Under the pieces are notes generated by a model. It saw only the letters and a list, made by a program, of their open reading frames with translations, made no database searches and had not been told where the DNA came from. From positions 1 to 37,878 of IMG/VR virus record IMGVR_UViG_3300038673_000494: a DNA stretch of 37,878 bases; one strand, written 5' to 3'. Each line of letters opens with the position of its first letter. Positions within the stretch are counted from its first letter, which is position 1. Source of the DNA: a virus. Its lineage: Duplodnaviria; Caudoviricetes. Shown in pieces: positions 1-9,366 of the stretch. Made by a program: the position numbers and the translations under genes.

Positions 1-116
1 GGGTTCTCCGAGAAAGCACTTTTTTATGGCGGTTAGGTCTGTGTCTGCGCGTAGTGGTGCCAGGATGTGGTCTGTTAACGTTTTTGGTGTGACACTCAAT
101 GGTGCAGTCTCCATAT
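1..116. repeat. Terminal direct repeat (copy of 37763-37878); circular assembly overlap
   Basis: 116 bp match with 4 mismatches (positions 16, 33, 57, 62); 63-116 identical; the tail operon reads continuously across the join. Confidence 0.93.
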
Positions 117-533
117 TGATTTATAGAGTTCAGCTAGGACGGGGCGCATCTGTTCCCATGTTCTGCGGACTACCCACTGCGCTTTTGTTCCTGGATGTTT
201 TACTTGACGCGCAAATATTGGGTTGCCGTATGCTCCGAACCATCTTAGGGCTTTGGCGGTTTTGGGTGTGATTATGTGTGGTTGTGTTCCTCTTTCGATG
301 TAGGGTGCTATTGGTGTGTTGGGGTATGTGGTGAATCCTTTTGGTGTGTTACGGGTTATTATGGATTCTCTGTATTGTCCTGTTTTGCCTATTGGCGCGA
401 ATAGTCGCATTTGGTTGCGGGTTTCTGCTCCGCCTTCTTCTTGCCATTGACTGAGTACGGCATCGTTTCTTGCGGGTTCACCGTAGAGGTAGGTTTGAAG
501 TTGCTCATCACGAACACGCAGGCGGACACTCAA
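96..533 (-). CDS. HK97 gp10-like tail completion/neck protein
   Basis: AP..TGQYRESI and YIERGTQPHIITPK..ALRW...V.HPGTK motifs typical of gp10-like proteins; directly upstream of the tail terminator on the circle. Confidence 0.75.
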   Translation of the reverse strand: MSVRLRVRDEQLQTYLYGEPARNDAVLSQWQEEGGAETRNQMRLFAPIGKTGQYRESIITRNTPKGFTTYPNTPIAPYIERGTQPHIITPKTAKALRWFGAYGNPIFARQVKHPGTKAQWVVRRTWEQMRPVLAELYKSIWRLHH

Positions 534-546
534 AGTATTTGTTCTC

Positions 547-2394
547 CTATGGTGTATATGTTACTTGCCAGTACCATGTTTCACCACTGTCAGCAGTTAC
601 GTAGATGTTTGTTGCATCTGCTACGGCTGATTGATATGGATTAGCTGTTGCGTTTCCGTTGGATAAGATTACTATTGTTGGTGTTCCAACTAAGCCATGC
701 GCAACCGTTTGTTGAGCACCTGTACCAGTTGATGAACCGCTGTTTTCTGTAACATAACCTTGATTATCTTTTATTATTGTGTTAGAGACTGCGCCTTTTT
801 CGTAGACGCCTGCAATATTGTTTGAGAACCTATTGAATGAGATGGTAACATCAGAGGTGTAGCTTGCCATTGAGATTGCATAACCTCCATTGTTTGAGAC
901 AATATTTGAGGTTACAAGTGCGCCATTAACGTTGTTTAAGGTTATACCGTTGTCGCTGTTGTCGATTACGATGTTGCTTGTTATTATAATATTTGTAACA
1001 TTGTTGTAGTTACAATATATTCCGAGGAGGTTGTTTCGAACAAGGTTTGATGTGATTACCCACTGGTTAGATGACTCAATTCTGATGCCGTCAGCGGTTG
1101 TGCGTGAGGTTTTTGCGTTTAAAACGATGTTGTTAGAGATTGTTCCGTTGTTTGCATAAAAAGCTAAAAAGTTAGAGTCTGTACCTGAATCAATAGTTCC
1201 ATTTAACACGTTACCTTCTATGATAAAGTCGCATACTCTGTCAGCAGATGAAACACCAACAATGGCTAAATTGATTCTGTAGTTATCAGCGAAGTAGTTA
1301 TGTAGAATACGGACGTTGTCTGTATAGTAACTGTGTATTCCAGACCGTGAAGGTGAAGCAACTAATCCATTCTTGGTGATTTCACAATTTTGTATAGTTA
1401 TGTTGCAATTTAAATGTGAAGAACCACGCAGGTATATTCCAGAACCGACGCAATCGTGAACGTATACTGAGTCAACCAAAACGTTGTTGCTTTGGGTTAT
1501 ATAGATTCCATGCTGTTTACTGTTATCACCTAAATAAGATTGACTCGATTTTACGCCGTCAACTTCCAAGTTTTCTATTCGCACATTTTCACAGACGGAA
1601 ACATATAATATGTTGTCTGCAAATCCAGTGGCAGCATATAAACGTGCCCCATCTTCCCCAATTATACCCCAATCATCTTTGTCATAGCGGATAAGTAATG
1701 AACTTATTTCGTAATCTCCTTTTTTGATGTAAACCGTTCCCCCCGAAGTTCCCAATCCTGTAAAAGCAGCTAAGAGTTGTGTTGCTGCATCTACATTTAC
1801 GGTGACGGCTCCTGTTGCACAGTTTTTTAAGTAGTACAGGCTACCGCTTTTGCTAATTATATATGTGTAGGGTTGTGTGGGGTTGGCAATTACATCGGTT
1901 CTGTTCTGTCCCGCGTAATAGAAACTGTTTGAACCCAGATAATTAACTGTGCCATCTACGTTCTCGACAATAGAAAGCAGGGAATAATCAACTGCCGTGT
2001 TCCATGCTACACCTTGAACGTAGACTCTTCCGCCGCTTGTTAGGTTTCCGCTTATCCACTCCTGTACAAGTGTGCTGTTTGTGTTGAATGACACAAGTTT
2101 TCCGCTTTCTCCTTCCATGTAACAGTAGTAGTCTGTTCCGCCGACATCCACTGTTAACAGTCCAGCATCGTAGCTTTTCCACGTCTGGTAGGGAGACCCG
2201 CCGACTCCTTGGTCTATGTAGTCCTCAATCTGTTGGTGTATGGTATCTTGTGTTACCTGTTGTCCCCATGGTACAAGACTTGTTGCCAGTTGCGGTTGAA
2301 CCATTAATGTGGCACAGATTGAGATTACGCAGAGTAACGCGAATACCTGTTTTCCACTCATTTTACCAAAAAACTCTTTGACTGTTTGACTCAT
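547..2394 (-). CDS. Right-handed parallel beta-helix (pectin-lyase-like) protein with N-terminal hydrophobic helix
   Basis: GGTVYIKKGDY cap followed by many Asn-rich N..I..N...GI repeats; hydrophobic VFALLCVISICATLMV near the N-terminus; probable start MSQTVK. Confidence 0.8.
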   Translation of the reverse strand: MSQTVKEFFGKMSGKQVFALLCVISICATLMVQPQLATSLVPWGQQVTQDTIHQQIEDYIDQGVGGSPYQTWKSYDAGLLTVDVGGTDYYCYMEGESGKLVSFNTNSTLVQEWISGNLTSGGRVYVQGVAWNTAVDYSLLSIVENVDGTVNYLGSNSFYYAGQNRTDVIANPTQPYTYIISKSGSLYYLKNCATGAVTVNVDAATQLLAAFTGLGTSGGTVYIKKGDYEISSLLIRYDKDDWGIIGEDGARLYAATGFADNILYVSVCENVRIENLEVDGVKSSQSYLGDNSKQHGIYITQSNNVLVDSVYVHDCVGSGIYLRGSSHLNCNITIQNCEITKNGLVASPSRSGIHSYYTDNVRILHNYFADNYRINLAIVGVSSADRVCDFIIEGNVLNGTIDSGTDSNFLAFYANNGTISNNIVLNAKTSRTTADGIRIESSNQWVITSNLVRNNLLGIYCNYNNVTNIIITSNIVIDNSDNGITLNNVNGALVTSNIVSNNGGYAISMASYTSDVTISFNRFSNNIAGVYEKGAVSNTIIKDNQGYVTENSGSSTGTGAQQTVAHGLVGTPTIVILSNGNATANPYQSAVADATNIYVTADSGETWYWQVTYTP

Positions 2395-2398
2395 GTTT

Positions 2399-2800
2399 TT
2401 AGCCTTCCGCAACAATTTTTATGTCAAAACTGTAGTTGCTGATTCCAGTTATGTCTTGGTCTACGGTTAGAGTTAACGTTATTGGTACCCAAACAGTTGG
2501 TTGCAACGGTTCGCCGTTGTAGTCCCATGTTAAATGGATGTAATCTGCGGCGTTGGGTGGATTCCAGTTTTCGGTATACAGGGTTAAATTGGCGGGACTA
2601 TCTGTGACTTGTACCTGTATTGTATAGTTTGCTCCGTACCCCGCAGCCAGTTCCCCCCAGTCTATGACCTGTGTGTCACAGTTTAACCCTAAGGTTTTGA
2701 TTGTTCCAGTGTTGCTTATTCGCAGTGATGCAATCAAGACTATAGCAACTATGGTTACTATAACCCCTGTTGCGATTATATATTTGGTTACTTTATCCAT
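2399..2800 (-). CDS. Membrane-anchored/secreted beta-rich protein (IDWG..ENWNP..LTWDY family)
   Basis: N-terminal transmembrane segment YIIATGVIVTIVAIVLIASL; beta-strand-rich body. Confidence 0.65.
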   Translation of the reverse strand: MDKVTKYIIATGVIVTIVAIVLIASLRISNTGTIKTLGLNCDTQVIDWGELAAGYGANYTIQVQVTDSPANLTLYTENWNPPNAADYIHLTWDYNGEPLQPTVWVPITLTLTVDQDITGISNYSFDIKIVAEG

Positions 2801-2803
2801 TTT

Positions 2804-3037
2804 TTACACCTTATAATTGAATGTTTTATCCGTAAACGTTGTTGACGCTAACACGATTTTGAAGCTGTTAACCGTGATGTCTGCAATGGGTACATACCAG
2901 AACTGTTCAGGGTCAACAGTCGGCGTTACCTGTGGTTGATTAGTTACTCCCTTGTTATGTGTTACAGTGACTTCGCTGCTCATCGCAGAAATTGTTGCAG
3001 TGCCCTCTAAGATAAACGGTTTTGGTCTGGTCTCCAT
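2804..3037 (-). CDS. Small beta-rich virion protein (H-type-lectin-like tail domain)
   Basis: Probable start METRPKP; VTVTH...PQVTP...ITVNSFKI pattern resembles the C-terminal domain of the 547-2394 protein. Confidence 0.5.
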   Translation of the reverse strand: METRPKPFILEGTATISAMSSEVTVTHNKGVTNQPQVTPTVDPEQFWYVPIADITVNSFKIVLASTTFTDKTFNYKV

Positions 3038-3039
3038 GT

Positions 3040-4083
3040 TTATGCACCCAAATCTCTTGTTACCACACGATATGCAACTGTTCGGGTTGCTGTCACATCT
3101 GTGGTACATTGAATCGTAAGTTTTGTGTAACCATGCAACATGTTTGCTTCAACTGAGGGGTACTCGTTTTCTGCGCCAACAACATAGGGGATATAGGCAA
3201 CGGGTTTATTGCTGTAGTTTGTGCCATCAACTTTGTTGTATACCCTAATTTTTATGAGTCCACCCTCAACAGCGGATTCTAGCGTATCTAAATCAAAGTA
3301 TACAGACAATGTGTAGATTCCAGTCTTCGCAATTTCTGTAACCTGTGTTTCAACCGTGTCGTTTGCTGTTGTGATGTCATGTGTTAAATCTCCGCCATCA
3401 ACCGCGTTTTCTACATACCCCTCAGCTTCAGAGGTTGTTGGAACATCATCAATTTGGTCACTTAACGTTTTCAGTGTGTCGCTGTCTGTGCCTCTGATGT
3501 TGCTTTCTGTTGTTGAAAGGTCTTGGTCAAGATGCGCCATCTCCGTATCATACTCACTTGCAGGCGCACGAGAAGATATGTCAGCATCTAAATGTGCAGC
3601 TTCAGTATCGTATTCCCCCGCGGGCGCTACAGATGCGCCTATGAGGTCAGTTTTAGCTTTGATTGCATCCACTAGTAGGTCTAGTCTGCCGCCGTTTGCC
3701 CAGTCGCCTTGAAGCTCGGCTGTGTCCGCTAATATATCCGTGATGTTTGTCCATGTGATTGTGTCTGTTTTGGTTTTGATTGCAGAAATTAATGCGCCTA
3801 AGTCTGCTCCAATTATGAAAGCCTGTGCAGCAGCTTGATGTGGAGTTACTCCTGTGTATTCTGCGAATGGAATCCATGTTCCATCTGCATCTGGAAGAAA
3901 CACATAGTAGTATAAGCCATTGGCAATCTCTGTTGGGTGACCTGTAAAATGTGAAGCAAATTCTTCATCGTATATTATAGCATTTATTGAAGCCGCAATA
4001 CCTGTTAAAGCCGCACCCGATGTCGGATGCCTGAACAAGAAAACCGCAGTCAAATTCTCGTTTACTGGATGAACATAACTCAC
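3040..4083 (-). CDS. Virion structural/fibre-like protein with internal repeats
   Basis: Acidic; repeats AIKTKTDTI/AIKAKTDLI and APAGEYDTEAAHLD/APASEYDTEMAHLD; located in the morphogenesis operon. Confidence 0.6.
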   Translation of the reverse strand: MSYVHPVNENLTAVFLFRHPTSGAALTGIAASINAIIYDEEFASHFTGHPTEIANGLYYYVFLPDADGTWIPFAEYTGVTPHQAAAQAFIIGADLGALISAIKTKTDTITWTNITDILADTAELQGDWANGGRLDLLVDAIKAKTDLIGASVAPAGEYDTEAAHLDADISSRAPASEYDTEMAHLDQDLSTTESNIRGTDSDTLKTLSDQIDDVPTTSEAEGYVENAVDGGDLTHDITTANDTVETQVTEIAKTGIYTLSVYFDLDTLESAVEGGLIKIRVYNKVDGTNYSNKPVAYIPYVVGAENEYPSVEANMLHGYTKLTIQCTTDVTATRTVAYRVVTRDLGA

Positions 4084-4089
4084 TGTCTT

Positions 4090-4326
4090 TTACCTCGAAG
4101 TTGTTTCAATCGTGAACCCGTTTCTATGTGTTGAAGTCACCGTGTACCTACGCGGCGTGGACTCAATTACCCCGCTTCTGCTAAGCGACTCAATAGTAAA
4201 CGGGGTTGGAATACAAGACATAAAAGGGGTTGACTGTATTGTAGGCGGAGCTAACACATTACGGTAATCCGCGTTAACACAACCTGAACAACCCCGACAG
4301 GTCGGCACACCTACACCCAACGTCAC
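4090..4326 (-). CDS. Hypothetical small protein
   Basis: Tightly packed, co-oriented ORF in the operon. Confidence 0.45.
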   Translation of the reverse strand: MTLGVGVPTCRGCSGCVNADYRNVLAPPTIQSTPFMSCIPTPFTIESLSRSGVIESTPRRYTVTSTHRNGFTIETTSR

Positions 4327-4457
4327 AGCGTTTCCCTCAGCAACTCATTTATGATTCTATTAGCCCTGCAACTCTGAGCCATACCACGTTCTGCACAGGT
4401 TTCACGGTGTATGCAGAGGTTAACGCAGAACTGGCGTTGAAGTTCACGAAGTTTCAT
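4323..4457 (-). CDS. Small Cys-rich protein (44 aa, MKLRELQRQFCVNLC...)
   Basis: Read manually; fills the gap between 4326 and 4478 and its stop overlaps the next start (GTGA). Confidence 0.45.
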   Translation of the reverse strand: MKLRELQRQFCVNLCIHRETCAERGMAQSCRANRIINELLRETL

Positions 4458-4477
4458 GTTAAACAAGGCGCATGCTC

Positions 4478-5110
4478 CTACAACGTGTCTTTTCCTATGA
4501 CGATGGGTAATCCACTGTTCTGAATCGAGTATCTTGCGATATACGTAGACAACATCTTTTCTGCACGCACAATAAACGGGTGTTCCTTCTCATCTGGGCT
4601 GTTACGTTGCAGATACAACCCCGCCGCATACAGGTTTGTTGCAGTGTTTATGATGTCTGGAACAGTACTAAGCGGAGTAGTCACAATTAGATTTAACCTA
4701 TCGTTTATGTCCGCTGTTGCAACATCCATGCAGGTCTGTAAACTGTAATCAACACAGTCATCTGTTACCCCGCAGAGGTCACGCACAACACTTAATGAGC
4801 CATAGGGCATTGGGTTAACAACAAAACTGAAAGACTCACTATTAGTTGTAGTGCCATAAACAGCTTTAACCGTGTAACTCCATGTCCCCACCTCGGCGTC
4901 ACTTGGCAAATCCCACGCAAGCACCCACATACCCGTATCTTCCTGGGTTAAACTGCCCTCATCTAAAGTGCCCTCAGTTACGCCGCTTGGGTTAACAATT
5001 GTTACATCTATGCTTGCGGGGTCAAAATATTCCCCGTCCTCATCCTTGAAGCTAAGCAACTCAACTAACGTATCAGTGGGATGCAATTTCTTTTCTGCTT
5101 TAGCAGTCAC
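4478..5110 (-). CDS. Head-tail adaptor-like protein with N-terminal Ig-like domain
   Basis: C-terminal half YGSLSVVRDL...ATADINDRL...P...VPDII resembles gp6/gp15-type adaptors; N-terminal DP.SI.VTI.NPSG...G.W.Y Ig-like segment; downstream of the capsid gene. Confidence 0.6.
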   Translation of the reverse strand: MTAKAEKKLHPTDTLVELLSFKDEDGEYFDPASIDVTIVNPSGVTEGTLDEGSLTQEDTGMWVLAWDLPSDAEVGTWSYTVKAVYGTTTNSESFSFVVNPMPYGSLSVVRDLCGVTDDCVDYSLQTCMDVATADINDRLNLIVTTPLSTVPDIINTATNLYAAGLYLQRNSPDEKEHPFIVRAEKMLSTYIARYSIQNSGLPIVIGKDTL

Positions 5111-5114
5111 GGTT

Positions 5115-5852
5115 CTAATCTCCTAAATGTTCACAGACAACAAACCCGTCTGATGCGCCAGAGAACCCAGCTTTTGCGACGTCACGCCAAAAAATGATGT
5201 CGTAACTCGCATGATTTAAGTCGTTGATGAATCGGATTCCACTCTCAAAGACTCTTCGCTTAACCAGTAGGCAACCTGTACCCGCCAACAGCGGCCCATC
5301 CTTGAAAGTTAATATTTTGTCTTTAACCTCATCCATGGTACAACTTCTAAACCATAACTGGTTAGGATGCGTAAACCATGCTACACACACAAGGTTCTTG
5401 TGCAGTTCATGAAGCTGCGGATGGTTAGGGTAACTGTGGTTTGGAACAACCGCAACGGTTACATCAGAGTCAACACCCAGCATATGCTGTAAAGCGTTTT
5501 CTGCAATAAACACGTCTGATTCAATTATGAGTACGTAATCATAGTTTTCGTTTACCACTCGGTCAGCAACAAGGTTAAACTGGTCAACCACATGCTGCCA
5601 ACCCAACTCGTTACTTTCCCCAACATACAAATCATAGGCATACCCATCACATGCCCGTTTTATGGAATCCAAAACACGGTTTTGGTAAGGCAGATGACTG
5701 GTTTTTGTTGCGGGAACAGCAACAAGCAACTTAAAATCTTGACTCAGTTTAGGTAATACCTTATCAACCAACATCACCAACGGTTCTACCGTATTGTTGT
5801 GTTGCTCAACGTTTTGGGGTGGTTTACTCATGGTTTGTTTGCTCATAATCAT
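5115..5852 (-). CDS. GT-A fold glycosyltransferase (GT2-like)
   Basis: YDYVLIIESDV (DxD-like), AGTGCLLVKRRVFE, YDIIFW and terminal CEHL motifs. Confidence 0.75.
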   Translation of the reverse strand: MIMSKQTMSKPPQNVEQHNNTVEPLVMLVDKVLPKLSQDFKLLVAVPATKTSHLPYQNRVLDSIKRACDGYAYDLYVGESNELGWQHVVDQFNLVADRVVNENYDYVLIIESDVFIAENALQHMLGVDSDVTVAVVPNHSYPNHPQLHELHKNLVCVAWFTHPNQLWFRSCTMDEVKDKILTFKDGPLLAGTGCLLVKRRVFESGIRFINDLNHASYDIIFWRDVAKAGFSGASDGFVVCEHLGD

Positions 5853-5884
5853 TTACTTCTCCTAACAAAAAAAGGGGGACAACG

Positions 5885-6163
5885 TTACTGCACAGTTTCA
5901 ACAGAGTTTTTGTCAAAACGGGCAGCCCGTTCTTTGGGTACCGTGAATGTTTCGCCTTTCTTGAATGTTCCCTGCTCAAAATGTAGTGTACCACATCTGA
6001 CTTTCAACGTAACAGTATCAGATGCAACTGTCTCTGTGTTTGTTTCAGGTTCAACAACAGGTATAACAGTGGATGTTAATTGTTCAACAGCTACTTCAAC
6101 AGGGGAAACTGCGTCTAGTACTACTTTTTTAGGTTTCTTGTTTTTCTTTGTCATAAAATTCAC
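5885..6163 (-). CDS. Small capsid-associated protein
   Basis: Directly after the capsid gene; KGETFTVPKERA C-terminal motif resembles small post-capsid genes. Confidence 0.5.
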   Translation of the reverse strand: MNFMTKKNKKPKKVVLDAVSPVEVAVEQLTSTVIPVVEPETNTETVASDTVTLKVRCGTLHFEQGTFKKGETFTVPKERAARFDKNSVETVQ

Positions 6164-6224
6164 TTCTCTATCTTGTTATCTCCAAAAAAAAGAGGGGGGA
6201 AGAGACTACAAAAGTAATCTCAAT

Positions 6225-7112
6225 TTAGCTTATGTCAGTTATAGCACAAAGCGCGTTGCTGTTGTAGATAACTGGCAAACCTCGAACATACACTTTAGCA
6301 AACAAGCCTTCGCCTTCGCGGACACTCTGCATCTCAGTCTTAACTCGCAAGTCTTCAGCAATCACATACTTGTATGCGCCAACATTGTTGGATTTGCTAA
6401 GCAGTGCTGTGCCCGGTGCCATTGCTTCGGTTTCGTAGATTTGTCCGCCAATCCGTTTCTGTACCCATTCGCCATAGGTTGCAGGCCCAGTGCTAACAAA
6501 TTTACTGAGGTAACCTGCTGCTTCTGCGCCGATTGTCAAATCATATGGCCCAAAGATGTGGTCTGCCTTTAGCAAGGTTATCGCCGCGTTGATGCTTGTT
6601 ACGATGTGTGCGTCAGTGTTCCAGTCATAGTTTGTTGAATCAACGTTGCCTGTTGCAACTGCTTCGTTGTATAGTCCATTAATTGCGTATCCGTTGACTG
6701 TGGTTGTTCCAATCAATAGCATTGTGTCTTCAAGCAACCCAACTTTGTAGGTCATGGAATCAATTACGGACGTGTCTAAGGGTGCGCCTGTCATTCTGCT
6801 TGAGTCAAGGTCTGCCTTCGGAATCACGGTTTCTTTGTGTAATGTTGGAATGTTTACGCTTGTTCGAGTAGCAGCGGTTAAGTCAAGGTTTTCTGCTCCC
6901 GGATATTTGGGGTCAATGCGTGCGTTGCTGACTTCGGTTAGTGCATCGAAGCTGTAGGTTTGTGTGCCTTCTGGAACATACTGTATGGCTGACCCGAAAA
7001 GTTTTCGTGCTACAAATTCTCGGCGTGCAATGTCAATCATGCTGGGGAGAACGTATGCGCCCTGTTCTGCTTGTAGGGGTTCGTCTTTTCCAGTAAATCT
7101 TAGTGCCTTCAT
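6225..7112 (-). CDS. Major capsid protein, HK97 fold, encapsulin (Linocin M18)-like
   Basis: 295 aa after protease/scaffold/decoration; ARREFVARKL, IPTLHKE, PLDTS, LEDTMLLIG, GLYN and GPYDL motifs resemble family-1 encapsulins. Confidence 0.8.
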   Translation of the reverse strand: MKALRFTGKDEPLQAEQGAYVLPSMIDIARREFVARKLFGSAIQYVPEGTQTYSFDALTEVSNARIDPKYPGAENLDLTAATRTSVNIPTLHKETVIPKADLDSSRMTGAPLDTSVIDSMTYKVGLLEDTMLLIGTTTVNGYAINGLYNEAVATGNVDSTNYDWNTDAHIVTSINAAITLLKADHIFGPYDLTIGAEAAGYLSKFVSTGPATYGEWVQKRIGGQIYETEAMAPGTALLSKSNNVGAYKYVIAEDLRVKTEMQSVREGEGLFAKVYVRGLPVIYNSNALCAITDIS

Positions 7113-7113
7113 T

Positions 7114-7665
7114 TTAAATCAACATCCTTGCCATTATCCAATCTGCCGCGCCTGAGGTAGCAACAGATTCTTCAGCGACTGCGATGGGGATTCCTTCTGT
7201 GGACAAACTGCCTGCCATTGTTGGTTGTGCAGATGTTGATACAACTGCTACTGTTCCAGATGCGGGTGCTGCCGCGGTTGCTGCCGCTACTTCGCCGCCT
7301 GCTGCGGCTACAAGTTTTTCGCCTTTGGTGACTGTTTCGCCGTCAGCGAGTTTCAGCATCAAAACAACTCCCGGCCCTGAAAGGACTGGTGCTCTTACTT
7401 CGGTGTAGATGGTTGCTCTTGTTGCGGGTCTGTCCTTTTTTTGGCAGTGTTCATAGCCGAGTACTCCGATGATGTCTGCGCCTGCTGTGCCAACTATGAT
7501 TTGGTGGTCTGCTGTGCCTTTTTGGACTAGATGTCCGGGATACATTGTTGTGACTGTTTCGATGAGTAGGTGCTGAACTTTTGGTGTTCCTTGTACGACT
7601 ATGCTGTTTGTTGGTTGAGGTCCGACTCCGCCGTCTGCGGTTGTTGAACCGTAAGTGGTACCCAT
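7114..7665 (-). CDS. Head decoration/capsid cement protein
   Basis: Ala/Gly/Thr-rich, PG.LV...G..GVLG pattern; between scaffold and capsid; probable start MGTTYG after GGAGG. Confidence 0.65.
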   Translation of the reverse strand: MGTTYGSTTADGGVGPQPTNSIVVQGTPKVQHLLIETVTTMYPGHLVQKGTADHQIIVGTAGADIIGVLGYEHCQKKDRPATRATIYTEVRAPVLSGPGVVLMLKLADGETVTKGEKLVAAAGGEVAAATAAAPASGTVAVVSTSAQPTMAGSLSTEGIPIAVAEESVATSGAADWIMARMLI

Positions 7666-8159
7666 TAGACTCCATCCTCCCATTGTTTAGTTACTGGGTT
7701 ATAGATTCCTACTGTTCCATGAGGTTTTCTGATTGCATCTTCTTGTCTTTGTTGTGCGATGCTAACGAATCCTGTTGAGCCGCTTTTTGCGAGCAGTTTC
7801 TTGTGGTCATAGAGCTGTTTGAGGGAAAAGTCTTTGAAGTCGTCTGCTGATAGGGTTGGTTGTCCTGTTTTGTCTTTGCTGTCTTCGATAAAATATGCTA
7901 TTAGCGAGTCTTTTTCTGCTTTTTCTGCTGTTTCGTATTGTGCTTGTGTGAGGTTGAATCTTTTGGTTGCTTCGTCTACTACTTTTTCGAGTTGAGTGAC
8001 TCTGAGTTTCAGTACTTCATTCTTTGCAAGTAATGCTTTGTGGACTTCGAGGGGTACGTCGCCTTCGAGTGCTGTTGGCAGTTTACAGGTTCCTGTTTCT
8101 GCGTTCCAGGTTCCGCCTGCGGCGTCGCATTCTTCTTTTGTTTTTGGTTTTTCTGACAA
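7665..8159 (-). CDS. Capsid scaffolding protein
   Basis: Charged coiled-coil protein between protease and capsid genes. Confidence 0.6.
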   Translation of the reverse strand: MSEKPKTKEECDAAGGTWNAETGTCKLPTALEGDVPLEVHKALLAKNEVLKLRVTQLEKVVDEATKRFNLTQAQYETAEKAEKDSLIAYFIEDSKDKTGQPTLSADDFKDFSLKQLYDHKKLLAKSGSTGFVSIAQQRQEDAIRKPHGTVGIYNPVTKQWEDGV

Positions 8160-8283
8160 TTTATTTTTTCTCCGATTTTCTGTTTAGCCTTTATGTCCCA
8201 TGCTAGGGGGAAGCCCAGTTTCGTCACTTGGGCAAGGGGTGAACCCTTCACGCTGGAAGGGAGAAGCATAAAAATGGGTTTGG

Positions 8284-9366
8284 TTAGCCCAGTAGGTGGT
8301 CATATTTTTTGAGGTTCTCCATTGCCTGTCTGCAGCGGTCTATTACGTTATCGTCTGTGTCGTGGACTGCTTCAGGTTTTTTATGTGGAGTTTTGTTTTC
8401 TATCACGTTTAGGACGTCTTGTCCATAGTGGATGATTAACCGTTTCGCGATTTCGGGTAAACCGATTTCGTCCATGCGTAAACAGATGGGACAATCAAAG
8501 AATGCTTTGAGTTGTGCAGAGTCTTTTTCTTTGTGTTTGTTGAACCACGTTTTCGCTTGTTCCATGGTATATTTTGTTTTGTCAAAGATGAAGCTCTGGG
8601 TTTCCATGCCAACTTTGCATTTGCCGTTTTCGTACTGTCCTTTTGGGCAACCTACAACGGCTTTGATGCCTTCGGTAATGTCGATTGTTTTGAAGCTGTC
8701 GGGGTCAAACCTGTTTTTGTCGCTGTGTCCGCTGCGGATTGATTCTTCGGTTGTTTCCCATTCATCCTGTTCATCTACGCTGTCAACGGCGATTCCACAG
8801 TATGGACTTGGACATCTGCCTTTAGGGATAGGCGCAGCTAAGTGGTTAATCAAGATTTTGCGTTGCACAAAATCGTAGCGTTGACCATTGAATGTTCCTG
8901 ATGTAAAGTCTCTGAGGCAACTGAAGCCTATGCTGTTGTCTCTGAGCTCTCCTTTACGTATTGCCTCTGCTGTTTCATCGCTGATTGGTTTGAATGGCCC
9001 AGACGTAACTTCGGGTGCGTTTGCGCGATAAAATTTGAGGTCTGTTTCGATTCCACGTCTACAGGGACGTTTAGTTTTGGGGTCTAACAAGTCTTTGCGG
9101 AATGTTGGGTTTTCTACTCGTCCGTTGATTTCTTCGACGTCGTCGATGTGGTTTCCATGGGGGTGACTTAATGCTCTGATTGGTACTCCAGCCGCTGTCC
9201 ATGTTGCTTTTTCTAGTTCGTCTGCGGGTTTGTATGCGATTCCGTCTTTGTAGGGTTGTACCATCTCTGAGGCGATAACGGCTTTTACGATTAGGTATTT
9301 GTCGTCGTCTTGGATTATTTTTGCGGCTTCTAGTGGGGCGTAGTCTTGCACATTTGTTCTGGTCAT
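8284..9366 (-). CDS. Prohead maturation protease, DUF2213-like
   Basis: PI...HP, DNSIGF, YDFVQRKILINHLA..PKGRC motifs; position after the minor head gene. Confidence 0.8.
   Translation of the reverse strand: MTRTNVQDYAPLEAAKIIQDDDKYLIVKAVIASEMVQPYKDGIAYKPADELEKATWTAAGVPIRALSHPHGNHIDDVEEINGRVENPTFRKDLLDPKTKRPCRRGIETDLKFYRANAPEVTSGPFKPISDETAEAIRKGELRDNSIGFSCLRDFTSGTFNGQRYDFVQRKILINHLAAPIPKGRCPSPYCGIAVDSVDEQDEWETTEESIRSGHSDKNRFDPDSFKTIDITEGIKAVVGCPKGQYENGKCKVGMETQSFIFDKTKYTMEQAKTWFNKHKEKDSAQLKAFFDCPICLRMDEIGLPEIAKRLIIHYGQDVLNVIENKTPHKKPEAVHDTDDNVIDRCRQAMENLKKYDHLLG

Noticed and set aside
1-62. Four mismatches between the terminal repeat copies as a sign of diversification (e.g. DGR template/variable repeat)
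   Set aside because: No reverse transcriptase is present, the changes are not adenine-specific, and they cluster at the contig tip ahead of a 54-bp exact overlap; this fits read-end error or a strain variant at a circular assembly join
5799-6572. 257-aa plus-strand ORF
   Set aside because: Antisense to the capsid gene and its neighbour; no motifs or RBS
6225-7112. Cellular encapsulin nanocompartment operon
   Set aside because: Context is terminase, portal, protease and tail genes with no cargo enzyme, so it is a viral capsid gene
8213-8233. Hammerhead ribozyme (GACGAAAC on the minus strand)
   Set aside because: The required CUGANGA core is not present upstream
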